From Rhodothermaceae bacterium (GTDB lineage Bacteria; Bacteroidota; Rhodothermia; Rhodothermales; Bin80), in contig VXLY01000067.1 of assembly GCA_009841335.1 (NCBI GenBank), positions 22,702 to 86,701 on the forward strand: a DNA stretch of 64,000 bases. Reading direction: 5' to 3'. The notes below the pieces were generated by a model that saw only the letters and a program-made list of their open reading frames with translations, did not search any database and was not told where the DNA came from. Shown here piece after piece: positions 51,784-61,093 of the stretch. Position 1 is the stretch's first letter. Every line of letters begins with the position of its first letter. The position numbers and the translations under genes are program-made.

Positions 51784-51856
51784 CTGTTAGTCTATACCGG
51801 CGTCCCAGAAACTCCCTGCGAGTGCTGAGAGGGCTACAATTACCACACGCATGCAT
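51746..51856 (-). pseudogene. 36-aa chimeric DUF1501 remnant at the duplication junction
   Basis: Hand translation [36 protein letters not shown]. The N-terminus matches the 47213-48625 DUF1501 and the C-terminus matches the 54977-56437 DUF1501, joined in frame. Confidence 0.85.
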
Positions 51857-54800
51857 CAGTACTTCTCAATAACTTCATCAAAGGATAGCAATGCATTGGC
51901 GACCATGGTATGTGCAGCCCATTCAACAGGGTCTAGTCCCGCTTGCAGTTGAGACTCTCCGGTTTCCAACAGCTGCTTGGCCGCTTCGGGATCCTTTGAA
52001 AATTCCTCAAGCTGTTCAGTATATAGAGTCTGCAATGCTTTCGTTTCGGATGGATCTGGACTTCGTCCGGTTAACAGTCTAAATCCAAACGCAATTTGAT
52101 CTTCAAGTGTTTCCTTTCCGAGCATGCGGGCGGCAATATGACGGGATGCTTCCACGTACTGCGGGTCATTGAGCAGAACCAGGGCCTGCATGGGGGTCGC
52201 CGTACGCTGCCGCCGCATCACACACTGTGCGCGTGTTGGCATGTCAAACGTGATCAGAGAAGGAGGTGGGGAAGTGCGCTTGAAGAAGGTGTATAGTGTG
52301 CGCCGGTAGAGGTCAGGGCCTGAGCCTTGCTCATACCTGATCCCGGCCTTTTCCTGCCAGAGTCCTCCTGGCTGATACGGTTTAACTGCAGGTCCACCGA
52401 GCGTTCGATCAAGAAGTCCACTGACGGCAAGTGCCTGATCGCGCACCATCTCTGCACTCAGGCGAAGTCTGGGGCCTCGTGCCAACAACTTATTATCGGG
52501 GTCAAGCTCCAGGAGCTTGGGAGTAGCTTCAGACTGTTGGCGGTAGGTAGCGCTGGTCACGATCAGGCGCTGCATAGCCTTGATGTCCCATCCCGAGTTA
52601 ACGAATGTTGTGGCCAAGTAATCCAGCAGTTCAGGGAAGGATGGCAGTGCGCCCTGTCGTCCAAAATCTTCAGGTGTGGAGACAATGCCGGTTCCGAAGT
52701 ACTTTTGCCAATATCGGTTCACTGCAACCCGGGCGGTAAGTGGATGCTCTGGATGAAACAGCCATCTGGCCAAGCCGAGGCGGTTTCGAGGTGCATCATC
52801 GGGGAAAGGCAGGATAGCTTCTGGTGTATGTGGTTCAACGGGCTCCCCTTTTGCATCGTACTGGCCACGGTTCAATATGTACGCGGTCCGTGGGGAGGAC
52901 ATCTCCTCAGTGACCATGATTGCCGGGATACCTTCAAAGAGGGTGTTCTCTTTTTCGCGCAGGGTTTGGAGAACGGCCTGTGCGCGCTGCCAAGGAGTCA
53001 CTTCATGTGCTAGGTACCATTGAAAAAGATCGTCTCGATCCGGGGTCACTTCTGTTCTCCCTGCCAAGCGCGCAACCTCAAAGCCATACAGCTTCCGATC
53101 GTACAGGCGCAGTTCATCAACAGCACCGCTACGCAGGCCGCTATCTCGAAATCGGTACGCGATTTGCAGGGGGACCTTCATATTTTCGTACGTGATATGT
53201 CGGGTAAGGCCATCACGCACGGTTTCTACATCAGCGAGGAGCCCATTGACGTACAGGCGCACACCTGAGGCGCGACTGGATCCATCGTAAGTCATGGCTA
53301 CATGCGTCCAATCTCCGAGCGGGAGGGTATCAATCGTCTGGACGCGCAGGGCATTTTGGGGCCACATATGGGCCAGTTGAGCGACAAGGCGACCGTCCAA
53401 AAGTACAAGCTCCCAGCCGCGGCTGCCGGCATCCAGTGCAGCCTGCGTGCGATGTATGATGGCACCTGTTTCTTCTCCCGGATTGATCCAGAGACTTACG
53501 GTGAAGGGGTGAGTTCGCCGGAATTCACCCATACCTGCGAAGGAGAAGCCGCTCTCACCGTCAAAAGCCATCGCGTGCCCCTGGTAGCCTGGCACTACAT
53601 CTGGAGTGAAGACGGCTGTCCCCTGTTTGCCATCATGGCATGGTAACGTTGGTCCGTTCAGGCGTTCAAACTCGCAGGTGAGAATGGGGCTGGGGTCGGT
53701 ATCTGGCGGCAACGGCTGATCCCAGGAGGTAAAGCCGAGCCTTGACATTTCCGCTATATTGTCAACTGCACGCTCCGCTGATTCAATTTCACGTGCAAGA
53801 CGATCCAGTTCCTCCTGATCATCCGGCGTAGGCAGGTCTAGTGCGGGCACGGGCACTGCATTCGTAAAATGTGAAGTCTGCCCGGACTCGTCCACATTGT
53901 TAAAAAAACTGAAGAGCCCATAGTAGTTGGCTTGAGTAATCGGATCGTACTTGTGATCGTGGCAGCGCGCACATTCAAGGGTCAGGCCCATGAATGCTGC
54001 CCCAATCGTGTTAACGCGATCCGCCACATATTCCGTGCGGAACTCTTCTTCAATACTGCCCCCTTCATTAGTCTGGCGATGGTTGCGGTTGAAGGTGGTC
54101 GCCAGCCGTTGATTCAGCGTTGCATTTGGCAGCAGGTCTCCCGCAAGCTGCAAGGTTGCGAACGTATCAAAGGGCAGGTTCTCATTGTAGGCTTCCACGA
54201 CCCAGTCTCTCCATGGCCACACGTTCCGATCCCTATCATTCTGATATCCATGTGTGTCCGCGAATCTAGCGATATCCAGCCACATAGAGGCCATATGCTC
54301 TCCATAAGCCGGAGAGTCAAGCAGCCGATCAACAACCTTTTCAAAGGCTTTAGCAGAGGTATCTGCGCGAAAAGCGTCCAGTTCCTCCAACGTTGGGGGA
54401 AGACCGGTTAGGTCAAGTGTGAGGCGTCGAAGGAGCGTGCCTGAGTCCGCCTCAGGGGCCGGGGTCAATCCTTCCGATTCAAGACGTGCCAGCGTAAAGT
54501 GGTCAATTCCGTTGTTCGGCCAATCTGATTGATGGACAGCCGGCAAGGGTAAATCAGCAGCCGGCAGGAAGCTCCAGTGTGGTTTCCATTCAGCTCCCTG
54601 CTCAATCCAGCGACTGAGTAGTGCAATTTCGTGGTCAGATAGTGAGAGTTTCGATTCCGGTGGGGGCATGCGCACCTCTGGATCATCGGAGTGAATACGG
54701 AAATGCAGACGGCTCTTTCTAAGGCTTCCCGGCACGACAGCATATCCACCGGAAGCGAGACGCTCCTGCTTTGCCCCAGCCTCCTCATCCAAACGTAGGC

Positions 54801-55014
54801 CGGCCTGCCGTGCGTTGGCATCAGGACCATGACAGGCGTAACAGCGGTCCGAAAGGATCGGCCGGACGTGAAAATTGTAGTCAACGACTTCCGGCAACTT
54901 TGCATCCCGTGGATGCAGTTCATTCCCGCACCCGGCTGTCATAAGCAGGGTTATGCAAGCTGCAAATGGGATGAATTTAGGCCAGGAGATCCTTAACCAC
55001 ATGGCCATGCACAT
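51856..55014 (-). CDS. PSCyt1 + DUF1549 + LamG + DUF1553 cytochrome c lipoprotein, duplicate B
   Basis: Same architecture and length (1052 aa) as duplicate A; CYACH and [10 protein letters not shown]. Confidence 0.9.
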   Translation of the reverse strand: MCMAMWLRISWPKFIPFAACITLLMTAGCGNELHPRDAKLPEVVDYNFHVRPILSDRCYACHGPDANARQAGLRLDEEAGAKQERLASGGYAVVPGSLRKSRLHFRIHSDDPEVRMPPPESKLSLSDHEIALLSRWIEQGAEWKPHWSFLPAADLPLPAVHQSDWPNNGIDHFTLARLESEGLTPAPEADSGTLLRRLTLDLTGLPPTLEELDAFRADTSAKAFEKVVDRLLDSPAYGEHMASMWLDIARFADTHGYQNDRDRNVWPWRDWVVEAYNENLPFDTFATLQLAGDLLPNATLNQRLATTFNRNHRQTNEGGSIEEEFRTEYVADRVNTIGAAFMGLTLECARCHDHKYDPITQANYYGLFSFFNNVDESGQTSHFTNAVPVPALDLPTPDDQEELDRLAREIESAERAVDNIAEMSRLGFTSWDQPLPPDTDPSPILTCEFERLNGPTLPCHDGKQGTAVFTPDVVPGYQGHAMAFDGESGFSFAGMGEFRRTHPFTVSLWINPGEETGAIIHRTQAALDAGSRGWELVLLDGRLVAQLAHMWPQNALRVQTIDTLPLGDWTHVAMTYDGSSRASGVRLYVNGLLADVETVRDGLTRHITYENMKVPLQIAYRFRDSGLRSGAVDELRLYDRKLYGFEVARLAGRTEVTPDRDDLFQWYLAHEVTPWQRAQAVLQTLREKENTLFEGIPAIMVTEEMSSPRTAYILNRGQYDAKGEPVEPHTPEAILPFPDDAPRNRLGLARWLFHPEHPLTARVAVNRYWQKYFGTGIVSTPEDFGRQGALPSFPELLDYLATTFVNSGWDIKAMQRLIVTSATYRQQSEATPKLLELDPDNKLLARGPRLRLSAEMVRDQALAVSGLLDRTLGGPAVKPYQPGGLWQEKAGIRYEQGSGPDLYRRTLYTFFKRTSPPPSLITFDMPTRAQCVMRRQRTATPMQALVLLNDPQYVEASRHIAARMLGKETLEDQIAFGFRLLTGRSPDPSETKALQTLYTEQLEEFSKDPEAAKQLLETGESQLQAGLDPVEWAAHTMVANALLSFDEVIEKY

Positions 55015-56437
55015 CTGTTAGTCTATACCGGCGTCCCTGGTGACGAAATGTGAGCCGCTCATGTTCAATGCCCAGCAAGTGGAGAATGGTCGCCTGGAAG
55101 TCGTGCACATGAACGGGGTTCTGTGTGATGTTGTATCCCAGGTCATCGGTGGCTCCGTAAGTGAGGCCAGGCTTGATCCCGCCCCCGGCCATCCAGATGG
55201 TGAAGCATCGCGGATGGTGGTCTCGTCCATAGTTTGTTTCTGTGAGCGTGCCCTGTGAATAATTCGTACGGCCGAATTCGCCGCCCCAGATTACCAGTGT
55301 ATCGTCCAGCAGTCCCCGTTGCTTCAGGTCTGTGACCAGCGCTGCAGATGGTTGATCGGTATCCTTGCATTGCAGCGCAATGTCGTTTGGCAGGTTGCTG
55401 TGCTGGTCCCAACCCATATGGTAAAGTTGAATAAAGCGGACATCCCGCTCAGCGAGACGGCGGGCCAGAAGGCAATTGGCTGCATAAGTTCCAGGTGTGC
55501 GCGCAGCTTCTCCATAGAGCTCGAACGTTGCTTCGGGCTCGTCTGACAGGTCGGTTACATCGGGCACAGAGGTTTGCATCCGGTAAGCCATTTCGTATTG
55601 GGCAATGCGCGACTGGATTTCTGGATCTCCAGTGACGTCATAATGCATTTCGTTCAGGCGGGCCAGATGTTTGAGCATACTGCGCCGGTCACCGGTATTC
55701 AGCCCGGGCGGGTTATTCAGGTACAAAACTGGATCTCCTCCTGCCCGGAATTGCACTCCCTGATGCAGTGCTGCCAGAAACCCGTTGCCCCAAAGACGGG
55801 AATAGATGGGTTGCGGGCGCTGGAGCCCGCGGGACAGGAGTACACAGAAAGTAGGCAGGTCCTCATTGGAGCTGCCCAGCCCGTAGCTCAGCCAAGCGCC
55901 CATACTGGGGCGTCCAGGTTGTTGCGAGCCGGTTTGGAAGAAGGTAATAGCCGGGTCATGATTGATTGCCTCGGTGTACATGGACCGCACAATACAGAGC
56001 TCATCGGCAATTTTGGAAGTGTAGGGTAACAGATCACTGATCCATGCGCCGCTGTTACCGTGTTGTGCAAACGAATTTAAGGAAGGCGCAAGAGGCAGTG
56101 AATTTTGGTAGGCGGTCATGCCGGTCAGGCGCTGTCCCATCCGGATAGATTCCGGTAGGTCCTGCCCTCTTCTTTGCTGAAGTGTGGGCTTATAGTCAAA
56201 GAGTTCAAGCTGGGATGGCCCACCGCTTTGGAAGAGATAAATTATTCGGCGCGCCTTGGGGGCAATGTGAGGGGAATTTAGTATTCCCCGAAAAGCTGAG
56301 CCTGCGGCCAATTGATCGGATGTTTGGGCACATCCCATCAGGGATGCGAGGGCTGCACCGCCTATTCCAAGACTCAGTTTCGAAAAGAAGTGTCGCCGGT
56401 TCATGCAACACCCGGCATCATAGAAGGGATCACTCAT
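54977..56437 (-). CDS. DUF1501 protein (TAT-exported)
   Basis: MNRRHFFS; IIYLFQSGGPSQ, NHDPA, GWDQH, EFGRT, GRDHH. Confidence 0.9.
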   Translation of the reverse strand: MSDPFYDAGCCMNRRHFFSKLSLGIGGAALASLMGCAQTSDQLAAGSAFRGILNSPHIAPKARRIIYLFQSGGPSQLELFDYKPTLQQRRGQDLPESIRMGQRLTGMTAYQNSLPLAPSLNSFAQHGNSGAWISDLLPYTSKIADELCIVRSMYTEAINHDPAITFFQTGSQQPGRPSMGAWLSYGLGSSNEDLPTFCVLLSRGLQRPQPIYSRLWGNGFLAALHQGVQFRAGGDPVLYLNNPPGLNTGDRRSMLKHLARLNEMHYDVTGDPEIQSRIAQYEMAYRMQTSVPDVTDLSDEPEATFELYGEAARTPGTYAANCLLARRLAERDVRFIQLYHMGWDQHSNLPNDIALQCKDTDQPSAALVTDLKQRGLLDDTLVIWGGEFGRTNYSQGTLTETNYGRDHHPRCFTIWMAGGGIKPGLTYGATDDLGYNITQNPVHVHDFQATILHLLGIEHERLTFRHQGRRYRLTDVHGHVVKDLLA

Positions 56438-59400
56438 CGGTACTGAGCCTCGTCCAAATTCAGGATAGTACTGGTTACAACAGTCATTGCAGCCAGTTTC
56501 ACAATGTTGTTGGTAAGCCTGAGCGGGGTTATTCCAACCGACACCAGGGCACGTGCGCTGGCTGGGTCCTGTTCAAATTTACGCGTTTGTTCCTCCAGAA
56601 GATCGGTGAGCGTGTCGAGCTCTTCTGCCTCCGGTGATCTGGAGGTGAGCCAGCGAAAGGCCTCTGCAATCTGCTCTTGCGGACTTGTGCCTTCGCCCGC
56701 AAGCATGCGAGAGGCAAGCGCACGCGCTGCTTCGACATACTGTGGATCATTCAAAAGCACCAGAGATTGCAGCGGTGTCGCAGTAGTTTGCCGCTCCACT
56801 GTACAGATCGACCGCTCCGGGGCGTCAAAGGTCAGCATTGCCGGCGGCGGGATCGTTCGTTTCCAGTAAGTATAAAGGCTGCGCCGGTGAACATCTGGGC
56901 CGGGGCGATAGCGATTCTCACCAATCTGGTTCGCAAGTGCCCTCCAGAGTCCAGCAGGTTGATAGGGGCGTACGGGCTCTCCGCCAATCGTCGGGTTCAG
57001 CAGATTACTGACCAGTAGCGCATTGTCGCGCATCATTTCGGCAGACAATCGCTTGCGAGGAGCACGTGCTAACAGCATGTTGTTTGGATCCCGCTCCCGA
57101 AGGATTCGTGTCATTCGGCTGCTTTGACGGTAGGTAGCAGACAGGACGATCTCTCTGATCAATGCCTTAGTGTCATAATCCAGGTCAATGAACCTTGTAG
57201 CCAGATAATCAAGTAGTGCTGGGTTAGAGGGTAGTGCGCCCTGACTACCAAAGTCTTCTGGTGTATGAACTAATCCTTCTCCAAAGAGCAGTTGCCAGAG
57301 GCGGTTTACAGCTACACGTGCGGTCAGTGGATTTTCTTCATGCACAATCCACTGCGCAAGTCCATACCGGTTACGCGGCAGACTATCGGGAAAGGAAAAG
57401 ATTGCTGCCGGGGTCCCCGGTCCCACGGAATCCAGGGGAGCATCATATGCCCCGCGATCCAGAACATGCGTGGTGCGTGGTTCGGGCATCTCTTCCATGA
57501 CCATAACATTGGGTACACGTCTCAGTGCACGCCGAAGGCTGTCCAACGCAGCATTTGCTGCATTCAATCCGGGATCGTAGTGGGCTTGATAGTGGGCGGT
57601 CGTTTGAGTAGCGGGCTCCTGTCCTGCAAGGTAGGCGACTTCCAGGTCCGTGAGTACTCGGGCATGCACATGGAGGTCGTCCAGAGTACCGTCCCTTACC
57701 CCTTCAATATCACCTATCGTGCGATTGCGGTGAGTCCAATTGCCTGCAAGGAGCCCGTTTCCGTTCAGTATACTTTCACGCGCAAGCGAGTCTTCGTTAA
57801 CATGAACACGGCTTGAAATGCCATTCAGGTACAGGGTAACTCCTTGTGCGTGTCCACTGCCATCGTAGGTGGCGGAGATATGGGTCCAGGTATCTGCCGG
57901 GATTTCTTGTGTGGTCTGCACAGAAATCTGATGGTTTCCGTCGTGTATCAAGCGAAGTCGAAGCCAACCTTCTTTGGTACGTGCTAGGTCGTAGCCACCA
58001 CGCTTTTGCTCCCCGTTTCGTTTGGAGAACAGTGCAATATCTTTTGGCTGGTCTTGGATGAGTATCCAGGCGCTCAGTGAGAACCGATCGTACCACTCAA
58101 AGTCAGCATCTAGTCCGAGGTTTAGAAAATTCTGCCCGTCAAAGGTTAATCCATTTCCGCGTTTCCCTTCGGTGACCAGAGGAGGGTCAAGTACTTTTTC
58201 CAATCCGGTGTTTGCCAACCCATCCGGGCCCACGCGTGCAAGAGAAACCAGGATGTCCAGGTCGTCCAAGGGCAGGGATGTCAGAAGGCCGGATTCGATG
58301 GTTGTCTCAAGATTGGGCTTCCAATCAGGAGGCGATGCACTTTGAGGCCAGTTCGCTACGACTTGCTCAATTGAATCAATTCCCGCTACCGTCTGCGCAA
58401 TGGAGGCCTCTAATTCGGGATCTTCAAGCCGGATGGCGGGTCTTGGTGAGAGATCAAAATAATTAATCTGGGCCTGTTCATCCACGCCGTTAAAGAAGGC
58501 AAACATGCTGTAGTACTCTTCTTGCAGGATCGGATCAAACTTATGATCATGGCACCGTGCACATTCCATAGTTAATCCCAGAAATGCAGTTGCCGTTGTA
58601 TTGGTTCGATCGGCGACATACTCTGTCAAGTATTCTTCCGCCACTACACCCCCTTCCTGAGTTATGGCGTGGTTGCGGTTAAATCCGGTAGCCAGATGTT
58701 GCTCAAAGGTCGCTTCGGGAAGCATGTCGCCTGCAATCTGCCAAATCACGAAGTCATCATAAGGAAGGTTCTCATTAAAGGCCCGTACGACCCAGTCACG
58801 CCATGGCCACATTGTCCGAGGGCGGTCGTCCTGGTAGCCGTGCGTATCGGCGTAACGCGCGATATCCAGCCACATGGACGTCATACGTTCTCCGTAGGTC
58901 GGACGTGCAAGCAGCTCCTCCACTAAACGTTCGTAAGCATCCTCCCGCGTATCATTCAGAAAGGCGGTAAGCTCGGTCGGAGTTGGCGGCAGTCCTGTCA
59001 GATCAAACGTCACACGGCGAAGCAGCTTAGTGCGGTCTGCTTCCTCCGACGGATTAAGTACGGCGGATTCGATGCTATGCAATATGAAATAATCAATGGG
59101 GCCGCGGGCCCAGTGTTCATTGCGCACCTCTGGCAGGGTAGGACGCGTGGGTGGTGTGAATGCCCAATGTGGTTTCCAGTCTGCACCCTGGTCAATCCAG
59201 CGCTTGATGAGTGCAATCTCGCGTGAGGTAAGAGATAGATTGCTTTCCGGCGGTGGCATACGCCGTTGAGGATCTTCGCTGGAGATATGCTCAACGAGAA
59301 GGCTAGCCGCGGCATTGCCGGGTTCAATGATTCGATGTGTTGAATCATCACGGCTTACACCGTAGGCACCTGCCTGAGTATCAAGCCGAAGCTCTGCCTT

Positions 59401-59613
59401 GCGGACCTGGTCATCTGGCCCATGGCACTTGTAGCAGCGATCTGAAAGTACAGGTTTGATATGCCAGTTGTAATCAACCGTAGCCGGTAGTGTGGATGGG
59501 CCCGTTGAAGACTGATTACAAGCAGCCAGCAGGAGCAGTATTACGAGCCAGGATGATCGAAGAATGGACACGGAAAGAAACCCATTGAAATAACCAGACA
59601 ATTTACAACGCAT
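56434..59613 (-). CDS. PSCyt1 + DUF1549 + LamG + DUF1553 cytochrome c lipoprotein (first gene of the operon)
   Basis: Lipobox LAA-C; CYKCH and CARCH; LamG WTHISATYDGS. The start is probably 59613 or later; the track start is 59760. Confidence 0.88.
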   Translation of the reverse strand: MRCKLSGYFNGFLSVSILRSSWLVILLLLAACNQSSTGPSTLPATVDYNWHIKPVLSDRCYKCHGPDDQVRKAELRLDTQAGAYGVSRDDSTHRIIEPGNAAASLLVEHISSEDPQRRMPPPESNLSLTSREIALIKRWIDQGADWKPHWAFTPPTRPTLPEVRNEHWARGPIDYFILHSIESAVLNPSEEADRTKLLRRVTFDLTGLPPTPTELTAFLNDTREDAYERLVEELLARPTYGERMTSMWLDIARYADTHGYQDDRPRTMWPWRDWVVRAFNENLPYDDFVIWQIAGDMLPEATFEQHLATGFNRNHAITQEGGVVAEEYLTEYVADRTNTTATAFLGLTMECARCHDHKFDPILQEEYYSMFAFFNGVDEQAQINYFDLSPRPAIRLEDPELEASIAQTVAGIDSIEQVVANWPQSASPPDWKPNLETTIESGLLTSLPLDDLDILVSLARVGPDGLANTGLEKVLDPPLVTEGKRGNGLTFDGQNFLNLGLDADFEWYDRFSLSAWILIQDQPKDIALFSKRNGEQKRGGYDLARTKEGWLRLRLIHDGNHQISVQTTQEIPADTWTHISATYDGSGHAQGVTLYLNGISSRVHVNEDSLARESILNGNGLLAGNWTHRNRTIGDIEGVRDGTLDDLHVHARVLTDLEVAYLAGQEPATQTTAHYQAHYDPGLNAANAALDSLRRALRRVPNVMVMEEMPEPRTTHVLDRGAYDAPLDSVGPGTPAAIFSFPDSLPRNRYGLAQWIVHEENPLTARVAVNRLWQLLFGEGLVHTPEDFGSQGALPSNPALLDYLATRFIDLDYDTKALIREIVLSATYRQSSRMTRILRERDPNNMLLARAPRKRLSAEMMRDNALLVSNLLNPTIGGEPVRPYQPAGLWRALANQIGENRYRPGPDVHRRSLYTYWKRTIPPPAMLTFDAPERSICTVERQTTATPLQSLVLLNDPQYVEAARALASRMLAGEGTSPQEQIAEAFRWLTSRSPEAEELDTLTDLLEEQTRKFEQDPASARALVSVGITPLRLTNNIVKLAAMTVVTSTILNLDEAQYR

Positions 59614-59930
59614 AGCCGCTTTCTGCCACGTGGAGGAGTCTATGTTTCTGAGAGTGGGATACTCGCTCGCGCGTGTACGATGAGTGTGATACAAATATCG
59701 GAGGTGGTCTGGTTTGACCCGGGCAGTATTTATTGACTGTGTTAATACGGACGGCACCATTCCGACAGTCCCCTCTCGACTCGGAGGTGAATGTTTTCGA
59801 GATAAACATGATCCTGAGATCCGTGCGCAAACGTTCTTAATTGGCGACGCAGTTCCTACTCAATCCGCATCTGAATCAAAGCTCGGTTTATTTCACTGTA
59901 GTCCGCCCCGAATTGCATGGAACCTTGGCT

Positions 59931-59967
59931 GCAATCTTTATTTAGACTTAATCTAAATAAAGATTGC
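59931..59967. promoter_or_regulatory. Perfect AT-rich palindrome, candidate Fur-type (metal-responsive) operator
   Basis: GCAATCTTTATTTAGA-cttaa-TCTAAATAAAGATTGC: perfect 16-bp arms with a 5-nt spacer in the divergent intergenic region. Confidence 0.6.
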
Positions 59968-60059
59968 CCTCATCGGCAACCATATTCTAGAGGGTCTCAG
60001 GCGGTTTTTTGCTGGAGGCCCCAAGTTGACACGGGCAAATGGACTTGATTCAATAACAA

Positions 60060-60944
60060 ATGAGGATCGTTTTGTTTTTCTTAACGATGTGGCTAGTCGC
60101 AGCTACAGTCAACGCACAGAACTCCAATTCTTGCGGACTCATGGTCATGGCTCATGGCGGTAGTGATCAGTGGAATACTGCAGTTGAATCAGCAGTTATG
60201 CCGTTGAGGGAAGAATTTCCGGTAGCTATAGCCTTCGGAATGGCGAATCCAGTCACAATGAAAGCAGCCGTTACAGAATTGGAAGAGCAGCATGTTGATT
60301 GTATTGCCGTAGTGCGGCTTTTTGTGTCGTCGCACTCTTTTCTGCATCAGACCGAATACCTCCTTGGTTTGAGAGAAGATCCACCAGCTTTTTTTATTTC
60401 TCATGGAAGTCACGCGCATCATGGTTCCAAACCTGTGCCGCTTGAACTTTCATCTAGTGTTATAATTAGTGAGACCGCCTTGCTGGATGCCCCTGAAATG
60501 GGAGAGGTCCTTGCCGCGAATGCGCTGGCGCTAAGTGATAGTTCAGGCGCTGAATCCGTAATTATCATCGCACACGGTGCGGGGGATGATAAGGTTAATG
60601 CCGAATGGATCCAAAAGCTTGACCTCTTGGCCGACTCTGTTCGGACTACAGGCATTTTCAATGAGGTTGCTGTTCACAGCCTGCGAGAGGATTGGGAAGA
60701 AAAGCGCGCAAAGTCGGAGAAAGAAATTCGCCAATTTGTCGAGACATATTCACAGAACAATGGCAGAACGATTGTGCTCCCGTTCAGATTATATGGACTC
60801 GGCCCCTATGAGGAGGTGCTTGACGGATTGGCCTACAAATCGAATGGTAGGGGTTTGTTACCCAGTCCAGCTGTGACGGAGTGGATCAGGCGAACTGCCA
60901 ACGAGTTGTTCGTTGAGCTCGAGGAAATTGCAAGCGCAGAGTAA
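60060..60944 (+). CDS. CbiX/SirB-like class II chelatase-fold protein with a signal peptide
   Basis: Two chelatase-like halves (VMAHGGS, IAFGMA, VVRLFVSS; IIIAHGAG, VLPF), His-rich linker HGSHAHHG, N-terminal Sec signal VNA-Q. Confidence 0.75.
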   Translation: MRIVLFFLTMWLVAATVNAQNSNSCGLMVMAHGGSDQWNTAVESAVMPLREEFPVAIAFGMANPVTMKAAVTELEEQHVDCIAVVRLFVSSHSFLHQTEYLLGLREDPPAFFISHGSHAHHGSKPVPLELSSSVIISETALLDAPEMGEVLAANALALSDSSGAESVIIIAHGAGDDKVNAEWIQKLDLLADSVRTTGIFNEVAVHSLREDWEEKRAKSEKEIRQFVETYSQNNGRTIVLPFRLYGLGPYEEVLDGLAYKSNGRGLLPSPAVTEWIRRTANELFVELEEIASAE

Positions 60945-61093
60945 GGATATCTGCGACCTCGGGCTCTGCAGCAAATCCCGATCGATATTTACGCGACCCC
61001 GTTTACGCTCGCAAAACCCTTAGAGATCGCCCAACCGGGTTTTTCAGGACGTCCGTTGGTCGCTAGGAGGCAGACCTAAGGAGGGTCAGATGA

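Larger units (their letters stand above)
48568..55037. repeat. Tandem duplication of two 3231-bp units
   Basis: GGCG(C/T)CCC occurs at 48568-48575, 51799-51806 and 55030-55037, each 3231 bp apart. The units align throughout with scattered substitutions and two compensating 6-bp indels. Confidence 0.92.

Noticed and set aside
59614-59760. Long N-terminal extensions in the ORF track (here, and for DUF4249, purN, mreB, dacB and the LRR gene)
   Set aside because: They precede signal peptides or conserved starts and most likely reflect longest-ORF calling.
59760-60059. Cobalamin riboswitch upstream of the CbiX-like gene, or the palindrome as a terminator
   Set aside because: I see no B12-box motifs. 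The palindrome is AT-rich, lacks a U-tract and lies between divergent gene starts.
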